From Betaproteobacteria bacterium (GTDB lineage: Bacteria > Pseudomonadota > Gammaproteobacteria > Burkholderiales > SG8-41), in the NCBI GenBank assembly GCA_947465215.1, contig CANHZX010000002.1, positions 1 through 45,934 of the forward strand: 45,934 bases of DNA. Reading direction: 5' to 3'. Position numbers and translations under genes: made by a program. Position 1 is the stretch's first letter; each line of letters begins with the position of its first letter. The notes under the pieces were generated by a model. That model saw nothing but the letters and a program-made list of their open reading frames with translations, did no database searches and had not been told where the DNA came from. This document shows, piece by piece, positions 15,986 through 24,552 of the stretch.

Positions 15986-18976
15986 TCAGCCCGCCGCGCG
16001 CGACACCCGGCACAGCAGCACCTTGAGATTGGTCTGATCCGACACAGGATCGCGCTGGGTGTTGTCGGTCAGGAAATTCACCGGACGCCAAGGGTTGTAC
16101 GGTTGACGCTCGCCCCAGCCGATGGGGATGAACACCGCAGCCGAACGAATACCGGCATGCACCCAGGCCATGGCCTCGATGCTGCCGTGTGCCGACTCGA
16201 CGCGCACCCGCTCACCATCCTTGATACCGAGCTTTGCCGCCTTGTCGGGATGAATCTGGCAAAACAGGTCCGGCCACATTTCCTGCGACTGCCAGAAATA
16301 ATGCGTCCAGCTGTGGAAATGCGCTGCAGACGGACGCCCCGTCACGAGTTCGGTATCGAAGCCCTGTTCGCGCAACTTCAGCCCCGGGTGATCGGGTCCC
16401 GGAGCAACAATTCGACCGCGCGCACTGCCGGTGGCCGGCGAGCAGAAGGGTGAGATCACGCCGGCTTCGCCGTCGGTTTCCAGTAATTCCATATACGGCA
16501 GATCAATCAGCTGCTCGCGCTCCGAATAAAACTCGGGCAAAGCCGACAGTCCGAGCACATTGAATTTGGCTTCGAGTTCATCCGTCCAGAATTCCAGCTT
16601 GCCCGATTTCGTCGGGAAGCGCCGTCCCGGCGCCCCACCTGGCACCGTCGTGCCTTCGAGGAAAAGCGTTTCGATTTCCGGCGCGTCTTCGGTCGCTACC
16701 GGCTGACGCACCCAGCGGTACGGCACCGAGTGCAGACGCTTCTGTGTACAACCGCGCAGGCCTGGACTGTCGATGCAGACCTCGTCCCAGAATACCGCGG
16801 GGTCCTTGTACTTGTCTTTCAGCACATCATCAAAACCGAAGCGTTTGCCGAGTTCGATCCAGATCCACGTATCCGACTTCGCCTCGCCCGGCGGATCGAT
16901 CATCTTGTCGATCCACACAATGCGGCGGTCGTCGTTGGAGCGGCCAATCTCGCCTTTCTCGATGCCGCTCGCCGCGGGCAACAGGTAGTCGGCAAACGCC
17001 GAGGTTTCATTGGCAAAGAGTTCGATATGCACCATCAACTCGAGTGCAGCGAAGGCTTCACGCGCCTTAGCCTGCCCCGGCCATTGCGCCATCGGGTTGT
17101 TGCAGGTGATCAGCGCACGAATCGGATACGGTTTGCCGTGCAACATCGCCTCGGTCCAGCCTGCCGGACTGCGCCGCACCCGTTGCTTGTTGATTTTCGG
17201 CGCACGGTGTTCCGGCACCTTGGCCGCAATCGGCGTACCCGCGCTCATATTGAAAAAGGCGCCACCGCGCCGGCCCCAGTTGCCGGTGATAGCCGCGACG
17301 AACATCAGCACGCGGTTGGTCTGCGTGCTGTTGGTGTGCTGGTTGACGCCGCGACTGGCGAATATAACGCAGCCGTCGGCTGCAGCAATCTCTTCCGCCA
17401 GTCGTTTGATGTCTGCGGCCGCAATGCCGGTACTCTGTTCGGCCCACTCCGGCGTGTAGTTTTTCTGCAGGATGAAATCCCGCCACTGCTCGAAGCCTAG
17501 CACCCAGTCCGCGCAGAACTTCGTATCGTGCAGATTGTTGGCGATGATGTGCTGCGCCAGTGCCAGCCCCAGGGCCATGTCGGTGCCGGGACGGATCGGC
17601 AGCCAGCGATCCGCTTTCGACGCCGTCGCCGTCAAGCGCGGATCAACGGCCACCATCTTCGCGCCGTTTTTGATGCGCCAGTCATTGATCATGCCGAAAT
17701 ACACAGGCCGGGTCTCTGCCTGGTTATCGCCGATATAAACGTACAACTCGGCTGAACCGAGATCGTTTTCGGTATAACTGTTGCCGCTGCCGATGCTGCC
17801 CAGCGTGATTTCGAAAGCGACGTTTTTGCCGCTGGCGCAGAAGGGATCAGTGCCATCCTTGTTGGGCGTGCCGAACATCTGTGCAAACATTTTGGTGGTC
17901 GCACGGTAATCCAGAATGCCGGTGCGCGTGCCGATGAACATCGCCAGCGCTTCGGCGCCGTACTGATCGCGGATGACTTTCAGCTTGTCGGCAATTTCAT
18001 CGAGCGCCTGATCCCAGGAAATGCGTTCAAACTTTCCTTCGCCGCGCGCGCCGACACGCTTTTGCGGATACAGCAACCGGTGTTCGCTGTGATACATCTG
18101 CAGCGTCAGCTGCGATTTCGGGCAGACCCTGCCTTTCAGCAGCGGATCATCTTCGTTGCCGGTGATCTTTATTAACTTATTGTCTTTAAAGTGAAATTTT
18201 ACCGTGCAGCAGTTGAAGCAGATATTGCAGCCGCCGGGCACGACACGATCAGGCGCCGTGTCCTCCCGCGTTTCGCCATAGGGAAACGCAGGCTTCTGGG
18301 CCTGCACTGCGGTCTGCGCCGCCAACCCGTCCATGAATGACGGCCGCCGCGATTCGCCGGGATGCGCACGCGCGGGCGTAACCGCCGTCGGTGTCGCCTC
18401 GTTGCGAGGCGTGGTGCGCTCCAGATAAATCGTCGCAGGTCCGAGCAGGAAATGATCATTGTCGCGCGGCAGCCGGCCGGACTGTTTGGCATCAGCCAGC
18501 AGCTCGTCGCGTTTGCCGAAACGGATGGCCTGGGTCGGACAGACGCTGGCGCAAGCGGTTGTGGTTGAACCTTCGGCACGGCGCTCCGAACACAGGTCGC
18601 ACTTCACCGCATGATGACCTTTGGCGTCGTAACCCATCGCGCTGTACGGACAGGCGATGACGCATTCACCACAACCAGTGCAGCGCGATTCATCAACACG
18701 CACAACACCGGTGACCGGATCCTTGGAGATGGCTTTCGGATTCACCGGGCAGGCGCGCAGGCAGGCCGGACGCTCGCAGTGCTGGCAGGTCAGCGTCAGG
18801 AAGGCGAGGCCCGCCTCCTCCAGTGCGCTCGCCCACACCACCTTGTTGCGGTACTCGCCGGGGCCAAGGCGGTGCTCGGTCTTGCAGGCGGCCTCGCAAC
18901 TCTTGCAGCCGGTGCAGCGCTCCAGGTCGATCAGCAGCGCAACGCGTTCGGAAGGTCCGTTGTTCACACCATCCAT
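15986..18976 (-). CDS. Fused four-cluster ferredoxin subunit :: molybdopterin (Mo/W-bisPGD) oxidoreductase catalytic subunit; no N-terminal signal peptide
   Basis: 996-aa uninterrupted ORF. Residues ~20-150 carry four Cys groups (CTGCKSCEAAC, CQHCERPACLRAC, CTGCGECVIAC, CDLC-x12-CASVC). Residues ~250-996 are MopB-like, with the FS0 motif CNICFNCC...27 aa...CPK and a C-terminal beta-barrel-like segment (GDRVRVES-type: GERVRVESAHGSIE). Confidence 0.85.
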   Translation of the reverse strand: MDGVNNGPSERVALLIDLERCTGCKSCEAACKTEHRLGPGEYRNKVVWASALEEAGLAFLTLTCQHCERPACLRACPVNPKAISKDPVTGVVRVDESRCTGCGECVIACPYSAMGYDAKGHHAVKCDLCSERRAEGSTTTACASVCPTQAIRFGKRDELLADAKQSGRLPRDNDHFLLGPATIYLERTTPRNEATPTAVTPARAHPGESRRPSFMDGLAAQTAVQAQKPAFPYGETREDTAPDRVVPGGCNICFNCCTVKFHFKDNKLIKITGNEDDPLLKGRVCPKSQLTLQMYHSEHRLLYPQKRVGARGEGKFERISWDQALDEIADKLKVIRDQYGAEALAMFIGTRTGILDYRATTKMFAQMFGTPNKDGTDPFCASGKNVAFEITLGSIGSGNSYTENDLGSAELYVYIGDNQAETRPVYFGMINDWRIKNGAKMVAVDPRLTATASKADRWLPIRPGTDMALGLALAQHIIANNLHDTKFCADWVLGFEQWRDFILQKNYTPEWAEQSTGIAAADIKRLAEEIAAADGCVIFASRGVNQHTNSTQTNRVLMFVAAITGNWGRRGGAFFNMSAGTPIAAKVPEHRAPKINKQRVRRSPAGWTEAMLHGKPYPIRALITCNNPMAQWPGQAKAREAFAALELMVHIELFANETSAFADYLLPAASGIEKGEIGRSNDDRRIVWIDKMIDPPGEAKSDTWIWIELGKRFGFDDVLKDKYKDPAVFWDEVCIDSPGLRGCTQKRLHSVPYRWVRQPVATEDAPEIETLFLEGTTVPGGAPGRRFPTKSGKLEFWTDELEAKFNVLGLSALPEFYSEREQLIDLPYMELLETDGEAGVISPFCSPATGSARGRIVAPGPDHPGLKLREQGFDTELVTGRPSAAHFHSWTHYFWQSQEMWPDLFCQIHPDKAAKLGIKDGERVRVESAHGSIEAMAWVHAGIRSAAVFIPIGWGERQPYNPWRPVNFLTDNTQRDPVSDQTNLKVLLCRVSRAAG

Positions 18977-18977
18977 A

Positions 18978-19838
18978 TCAACCTCCCCATGACCGCAAAT
19001 GCCACCAGGTAATCGGTTCGCCGCCGGCGACGTAACCGGCGAAGAAAGTCACGGTGATCACATGGATCACCACACCCAGCACAAACAGCCAGGCCAGTGC
19101 CATATGCAGCGGCCGCCACCACGCCTGCTTGGCGGAAACCGCAGCACGGGTCCCCAGCAGCAGCGATTCCTCGCGCGCCAGTTTGCGGTAAGCCAGCGCC
19201 AATCCGGGTTTGCGGATGAAATGGGGCAGATTGACCGAGAACGTGCCCTCGTTTGCCTGCGGATCGAGTTGCGCCAGGAGCTCTCGCTTTTCCGCGATCA
19301 ATACGCGCAGCCGCGCCCGTGTTACGGCATCAGGCACTTGAAATGCCGGGGCTTTTGAGGCGAAGGTTGCCGCCATGCGCCGCGAACCACGGACCCGCGC
19401 CCAGACACCCAGCGCGGCCAACGCAACCAGCGTCAGCAACATCAGCGCCGGAGGCCGGCGCAGGAGTCCGCCGGAGTGGATTGCAATCAGCACCATGCCC
19501 AGCAGCGAACAGGCGACGTGGGCGTTGAACCAATTGACGGGATTGGCACCGCTACCGCCACGCTTGGCAATCACAAAAGCCACCGGCACCAGCAGCAGGA
19601 GCACGCCGGCAACGCCGCTCAGATACAACTGAGGGCTGCCGGGCGAACGCCAGGCTTCGGGCAAAAGACCGCGCAGCAAAAACCACAACACGATGGCCGC
19701 AACAGCCGCAACCGTCAGTTGCAGCAGCCTCGCGTCAGGAAGGTCGTTTCGTTGCAAGATGAAGGCGACTCGGCAATGGTTGCAGGGGTTGGGGCAGTTT
19801 ACATCGCCTCCAGCCCTCGCTGTCACGCGTATCCACAA
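18978..19838 (-). CDS. Five-TM membrane protein with two H-x13-H helices (putative di-haem b-type electron-transfer anchor)
   Basis: Five hydrophobic segments. H107-x13-H121 lie in one helix (HVACSLLGMVLIAIH) and H245-x13-H259 in another (HMALAWLFVLGVVIH). The stop at 18978 is 1 nt from the downstream start at 18976. The true start is uncertain, since there is also a TTG at the ILQRN position. Confidence 0.6.
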   Translation of the reverse strand: MWIRVTARAGGDVNCPNPCNHCRVAFILQRNDLPDARLLQLTVAAVAAIVLWFLLRGLLPEAWRSPGSPQLYLSGVAGVLLLLVPVAFVIAKRGGSGANPVNWFNAHVACSLLGMVLIAIHSGGLLRRPPALMLLTLVALAALGVWARVRGSRRMAATFASKAPAFQVPDAVTRARLRVLIAEKRELLAQLDPQANEGTFSVNLPHFIRKPGLALAYRKLAREESLLLGTRAAVSAKQAWWRPLHMALAWLFVLGVVIHVITVTFFAGYVAGGEPITWWHLRSWGG

Positions 19839-19866
19839 CGTGATCAGCCTGGACTTCCTTTGACCT

Positions 19867-22569
19867 TCAGCCGCCCTTCAGTGCCAGCGTCACCCGCTTC
19901 ACCTGCGGATCCTCATTACTTTCGGAAACCACAAAGCCCAGTTCCTGGCACAAATCGAGCATGCCGCGGTTACTGCTCAGGACATGACCGACCATCGCCT
20001 CCAGTCCGCGGCGGCGCGCAACCTCGATCAGCACCATCATCATGCGCCGGCCGAGTCCGCGGCGCTGCCAGTCATCGGCAACCACGATCGCATACTCACA
20101 GGTCACTGCGTCCGGATTGGTGATGTAACGACAGACGCCGACCTCGACCTCCTTGCCGTCGCGCTGCACCGTCGCAACAAACGCCATCTCGCGGTCATAG
20201 TCGATCTGCGTGAAACGCACCAGCATCGTCGGCGTCAGTTCACGCAATGTATCCATAAAACGGAAACGCCGGCTCTCCGGTGATAAGCCTCTTACAAACT
20301 CCTGTTCCATCTCGGCATCTTCCGGCCGGATCGGCCGCAGCGTGACGAGTTCACCTTCCGGCGGCTGCCAGGTGCTGATCAGACGCGCCGGATAGGGGTG
20401 GATTGCCATATGGCCATAGCGGCCACGTATCGGCGCATGCTGGCCAACGACAATTCGTGCATCGGCAACGATGGCGCCGTTTTCGTCAACAATCAGCGGA
20501 TTGATATCGAGTTCCTCGATCCACGGCAGTTCGCAGACCATTTCCGAAATACGCAGCAGCACTTCTTCCAGCGCCTCCCGGTTCACCGCCGGCATCCTGC
20601 GGAAAGGTCCGAGCAGCTTCGATACCCGCGTGCTTGCAATCATCTCCGCAACAAGGAATGAGTTTAGCGGCGGCAGCGCCACGGCACGGTCCTTGTGCAC
20701 CTCAACCGCCACGCCGCCCGAACCGAAGGCAATCGCCGGGCCGAACACCGGATCTCGGATCACGCCGACCATCAGTTCGCGACCGTTGCGCCGGACCACC
20801 ATGGGCTCGACAGCAACACCGGTCACGCGTGCCTGCGGCTGCTTGCGCGCCACGGAATCAATAATCTGCTGATAGCCGGTCAGCACCGCCTGCGCGGAGT
20901 TCAGGTTCAACAGCACGCCGCCGGCATCCGTCTTGTGGGTAATGTCGGGCGAATCGATTTTCAGCGCCACCGGATAACCCAGTTCACCCGCGATCAGCAT
21001 CGCCTCATGGGCGCTATGCACGATAACTGTCTTTGCCACCGGCAGCAGGAACGCCGACAGCAGCGCCTTCGATTCAATTTCATTGAGGACGCTGCGGCGA
21101 TCGGTCAGCACCGAATCAATGATCAGCCGCGCCGCTTCGAGATCCGGGGCCGATCGGAGAGCCTGCGGACCCGGGGTCTGCATTAGTGCGCGCTGGTTAC
21201 GGTAGAACGACGATACATGCGCGAACGTTTCGACCGCGGGCTCCGGCGTGCGAAACACCGGAATACCGGCTTCGGCCAGACGACGTCGTCCGTCAATCAC
21301 CGAGGCATCACCCATCCAGCAGGCAAGCACGGGTTTGGAACGGCCGCGCGCCGCCTCGACCACGGCATCGGCAACGGCGGATGGTTCGGTCATCGCCTGC
21401 GGTGTCAGCATCACCAGTGCACCGTCGACATTTTCATCGGCGAGGCAGGCGGTAAGCCCGGCACGGTAACGCTCGGCATCGGCGTCACCGATCAGGTCCA
21501 TCGGATTGCCGTGGGACCAGTTCGACGGCAATACGGTTTGCAATGACTCAATGGTCGCCGGCGACAGATCGGCGAGCGGTATACCCAGATCCGCAGCACG
21601 ATCCGCAGCCATCACGCCCGGGCCGCCGCCGTTGGTGATGATCGCCAGGCGGTCGCCACGCGGCCGGATATGCGAGGACAAGGCCTGCGCCGCAGCCACT
21701 AACTGGCCGATGGTCGTTACCCGCACCGCACCGGCGCGATGGATCGCTGCGTCAAACACGTCGTCAGCGCCGACAATGGCACCCGTATGCGACACCGCAG
21801 CGCGTGAACCCACCGGATGCCGCCCGACTTTCATCAGGATCACCGGCTTCAGTCGCGCCGCTGCGCGCAGGCTCGACAGGAAGCGTCGCGCATCGCGCAC
21901 GCCTTCAATGTAGAGCAGGATGTGCTCGGTCTTGGGGTCGTTGACCAGATAGTCAATGATTTCGCCGAAGTCGATGTCCCGCGACCCCCCCATAGAGATG
22001 ACGCTCGAAAAGCCGATCTTGTTGGGCCCGGCCCAGTCGAGCATCGCCGTACACAACGCACCCGATTGCGACACCAGCCCGAGCGACCCCGGAAGGGCAT
22101 TGCCACGCGCGAAAGTGGCATTCAGGCCGACGCCCGGACGCATCACCCCCAGACAGTTGGGTCCGATCACCCGGACCCGGTGACGGCGCGCGTTTTCCAA
22201 CAATTCCCGCTCAAGCCTCGCCCCTTCCGGGCCGACTTCGGAAAAACCGGCGGTAATCACCACCACCGAACGCACGCCGGCCATGCCGCACTCGGTAATC
22301 AGCTGGGGTACCGTCTCGGGCGGCGTGGCGATGACCGCCAGATCCACACGCTGCGGCACCTTGTCGATGCCGGGAAAACACGGCACCCCTTTGATGCTGG
22401 TCTGCTTCGGATTGACCGCGAACAGCGCGCCGCGATAACCGGCGGCCAGCATGTTGTCGATCAGCACCGCACCGATGGAGCCCGCCCGCGTGCTGGCGCC
22501 GATGATGGCCACCGACGCCGGTTCGAACAGGGGGGTCAGATAGTGACGGTCCAGCAGGTTTGAGGCCAT
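19867..22569 (-). CDS. pat: Pat/PatZ-type protein acetyltransferase (NDP-forming acyl-CoA synthetase-like domains fused to C-terminal GNAT)
   Basis: 900 aa. It has an N-terminal CoA-binding domain (VAIIGASTRAGSIG), succinyl-CoA-synthetase-like and ATP-grasp regions, and a C-terminal GNAT motif QRRGLGRRMM. Confidence 0.88.
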   Translation of the reverse strand: MASNLLDRHYLTPLFEPASVAIIGASTRAGSIGAVLIDNMLAAGYRGALFAVNPKQTSIKGVPCFPGIDKVPQRVDLAVIATPPETVPQLITECGMAGVRSVVVITAGFSEVGPEGARLERELLENARRHRVRVIGPNCLGVMRPGVGLNATFARGNALPGSLGLVSQSGALCTAMLDWAGPNKIGFSSVISMGGSRDIDFGEIIDYLVNDPKTEHILLYIEGVRDARRFLSSLRAAARLKPVILMKVGRHPVGSRAAVSHTGAIVGADDVFDAAIHRAGAVRVTTIGQLVAAAQALSSHIRPRGDRLAIITNGGGPGVMAADRAADLGIPLADLSPATIESLQTVLPSNWSHGNPMDLIGDADAERYRAGLTACLADENVDGALVMLTPQAMTEPSAVADAVVEAARGRSKPVLACWMGDASVIDGRRRLAEAGIPVFRTPEPAVETFAHVSSFYRNQRALMQTPGPQALRSAPDLEAARLIIDSVLTDRRSVLNEIESKALLSAFLLPVAKTVIVHSAHEAMLIAGELGYPVALKIDSPDITHKTDAGGVLLNLNSAQAVLTGYQQIIDSVARKQPQARVTGVAVEPMVVRRNGRELMVGVIRDPVFGPAIAFGSGGVAVEVHKDRAVALPPLNSFLVAEMIASTRVSKLLGPFRRMPAVNREALEEVLLRISEMVCELPWIEELDINPLIVDENGAIVADARIVVGQHAPIRGRYGHMAIHPYPARLISTWQPPEGELVTLRPIRPEDAEMEQEFVRGLSPESRRFRFMDTLRELTPTMLVRFTQIDYDREMAFVATVQRDGKEVEVGVCRYITNPDAVTCEYAIVVADDWQRRGLGRRMMMVLIEVARRRGLEAMVGHVLSSNRGMLDLCQELGFVVSESNEDPQVKRVTLALKGG

Positions 22570-22686
22570 GGCGGAAACACTCCCGTCGAAAAGACGCTTG
22601 CGGAAAGGTAAAATGTCATTCTAGTCTTAACCGGTAACGCTTCTATGCCGAAGCGCAGTAATGTTGATTTGCAACAAACCATTCCC

Positions 22687-22890
22687 ATGATCGCCCTGAC
22701 CATCAACGGCAGCCCGCGCACTTTTGAGCGCCCGCTGAACTGCGCCGAACTGATCGGCGAACTGGATCTGACCGGCAAACGCATCGCCATGGAACGCAAT
22801 GGCGAAATCGTCCCGCGCAGCCAGTTTTCCCATTGCATACTGCAGGATGGCGACCACCTGGAAATCGTCGTCGCCGTCGGCGGCGGCTGA
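22687..22890 (+). CDS. thiS: Sulfur carrier protein ThiS
   Basis: The 67-aa product MIALTINGSP...VVAVGGG ends in the diagnostic C-terminal GG. It lies directly upstream of thiG. The start is taken at the ATG at 22687. Confidence 0.85.
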   Translation: MIALTINGSPRTFERPLNCAELIGELDLTGKRIAMERNGEIVPRSQFSHCILQDGDHLEIVVAVGGG

Positions 22891-22977
22891 AGCAGCGACT
22901 TGACCGCAGTCATTGCCCGGCGCCCCGCAGCGGTGCACACTGAATCCCCTGAAAACGCCCGTTAAACCCCATAAGCC

Positions 22978-23781
22978 ATGAAATCCAACGAAAACCTCGA
23001 CCCGCTGGTCATCGGCGGTAAGTCCTACAGCTCCCGACTGCTGATCGGCACCGGCAAATACAAGGATTTCGCCGAAACCAAGGCTGCGGTGGAAGCCAGC
23101 GGCGCACAAATCGTCACCGTGGCGATCCGCCGCACCAATATCGGACAAAACCCCGGCGAGCCCAATCTGCTCGACGCCATCCCGCCGTCGAAATACACGC
23201 TGCTGCCGAATACCGCCGGCTGCTACACCGCCGATGACGCGGTGCGCACGCTGCGCCTCGCACGCGAACTGCTCGACGGCCATGATCTGGTCAAGCTGGA
23301 AGTGCTGGGCGACCCGAAAACCCTATACCCGAACGTGGTCGAAACCATCGCTGCCGCCAAAACACTGGTCAAGGACGGCTTCAAGGTCATGGTTTACACC
23401 TCGGACGACCCGATCATCGCCAAACAACTGGAAGAGATCGGCTGTGTTGCGGTGATGCCGCTGGCTTCATTGATCGGCTCAGGCATGGGCATCCTCAATC
23501 CCTGGAATCTGCAGATCATCATCGAGAGCGCGAAAGTGCCGGTGATCGTCGATGCCGGCGTCGGTACCGCCTCGGATGCCGCGATTGCCATGGAACTCGG
23601 CTGTGACGCCGTCCTGATGAACACCGCCGTTGCCGCTGCAAAAAATCCGGTGCTGATGGCCACAGCGATGTGCAAAGCCGTGGAAGCCGGTCGCGCCGCC
23701 TTCCTTGCCGGACGCATGCCGAAAAAACTCTATTCCGCCTCTCCGAGTTCGCCCACCGGCGGCATGATCGGCAAGTCCTGA
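22978..23781 (+). CDS. thiG: Thiazole synthase ThiG
   Basis: Conserved ThiG sequence throughout (LLIGTGKY..., [28 protein letters not shown]). Confidence 0.95.
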   Translation: MKSNENLDPLVIGGKSYSSRLLIGTGKYKDFAETKAAVEASGAQIVTVAIRRTNIGQNPGEPNLLDAIPPSKYTLLPNTAGCYTADDAVRTLRLARELLDGHDLVKLEVLGDPKTLYPNVVETIAAAKTLVKDGFKVMVYTSDDPIIAKQLEEIGCVAVMPLASLIGSGMGILNPWNLQIIIESAKVPVIVDAGVGTASDAAIAMELGCDAVLMNTAVAAAKNPVLMATAMCKAVEAGRAAFLAGRMPKKLYSASPSSPTGGMIGKS

Positions 23782-23812
23782 GCCCGCCGGCTCTCCGGCA
23801 ATTCACTGCATC

Positions 23813-24490
23813 ATGACCACAGAACAACAGCGAATCCGCAGCTATGTGCTGCGCCAGGGTCGCGTTTCGAACGCTCAGCGCCGCGCCCATGACACGCTGC
23901 TGCCTCGCTTCGGCATTACATTCGGCGAAACACCCCTCGACCTTGATACCGTATTCGACCGCCAGGCACCGCGCATCCTGGAAATCGGCTGCGGCATGGG
24001 TGAGACCACGGTTGCCATTGCGGCGGCACATCCCGATACGGATTACATCGGCATCGAAGTGCATACACCCGGCGTCGGCAGTCTGTTGAAGCAGATTGAT
24101 GAAGCAGGTCTGAGCAATGTGCGCGTCATCCAGCACGATGCCGTAGCCGTGATGGATACAATGATTCCGCCGGCCAGCCTTGACGGCCTGCACATTTTCT
24201 TCCCGGACCCCTGGCCGAAAAAACGCCAGCAGAAACGCCGGCTGATTCAGTCACCATTCATCGCGCTGGCTGTATCACGCCTCAAACCCGGCGCTTATCT
24301 GCACGCAGCCACCGACTGGCAGGAATACGCGGAACAGATCCTCGCCGTATTCAGCGCCGAACCGACACTGGTCAATACAGCGAGCGGTTACGCCGAAAAA
24401 CCAGCTTATCGGCCGCAAACCAAATTCGAGACCCGCGGCCTGAAACTCGGTCACGGCGTCTGGGACATCGTGTTCCAGCGCAAACCGTAA
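23813..24490 (+). CDS. trmB: tRNA (guanine46-N7)-methyltransferase TrmB
   Basis: SAM motif LEIGCGMGE and the signature [15 protein letters not shown]. Confidence 0.92.
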   Translation: MTTEQQRIRSYVLRQGRVSNAQRRAHDTLLPRFGITFGETPLDLDTVFDRQAPRILEIGCGMGETTVAIAAAHPDTDYIGIEVHTPGVGSLLKQIDEAGLSNVRVIQHDAVAVMDTMIPPASLDGLHIFFPDPWPKKRQQKRRLIQSPFIALAVSRLKPGAYLHAATDWQEYAEQILAVFSAEPTLVNTASGYAEKPAYRPQTKFETRGLKLGHGVWDIVFQRKP

Positions 24491-24503
24491 TGCGGCACGA
24501 ACC

Positions 24504-24535
24504 AAAAAAAACGGCGGCCTGCAGGCCGCCGTTTT
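24504..24535. terminator. Bidirectional rho-independent terminator between trmB and the convergent Bug gene
   Basis: The sequence is aaaaaaaACGGCGGCCtgcaGGCCGCCGTtttt. It has a 9-bp GC stem and a 4-nt loop, flanked by an A-run and a T-run. Confidence 0.8.
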
Positions 24536-24552
24536 AATGTTAAAGACTGCGC

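Noticed and set aside
15986-18976. Selenocysteine recoding, or a hidden gene boundary inside the fused oxidoreductase.
   Set aside because: The frame is open for all 996 codons, with no in-frame TGA. No ATG, GTG or TTG precedes the internal RR motif, so I have no evidence for two genes or for a UGA-Sec site. The Mo ligand is more likely a Cys or Ser that cannot be fixed without an alignment.
15823-19866. tRNA-Gly as the integration site of a genomic island carrying the Mo-enzyme operon.
   Set aside because: There is no integrase, no transposase and no direct repeat of the tRNA 3' end. The operon lies on the 5' side of the tRNA, whereas islands usually insert at the 3' end. That side here is the core gene mutY. 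Composition looks like the flanks.
22570-22686. Possible TPP (THI-box) riboswitch upstream of thiS-thiG.
   Set aside because: I read the 117-bp leader on the coding strand. It lacks the conserved CTGAGA and the ACCTGATCTGGATAATGCCAGCG-like core of TPP riboswitches, and I saw no convincing stem architecture.
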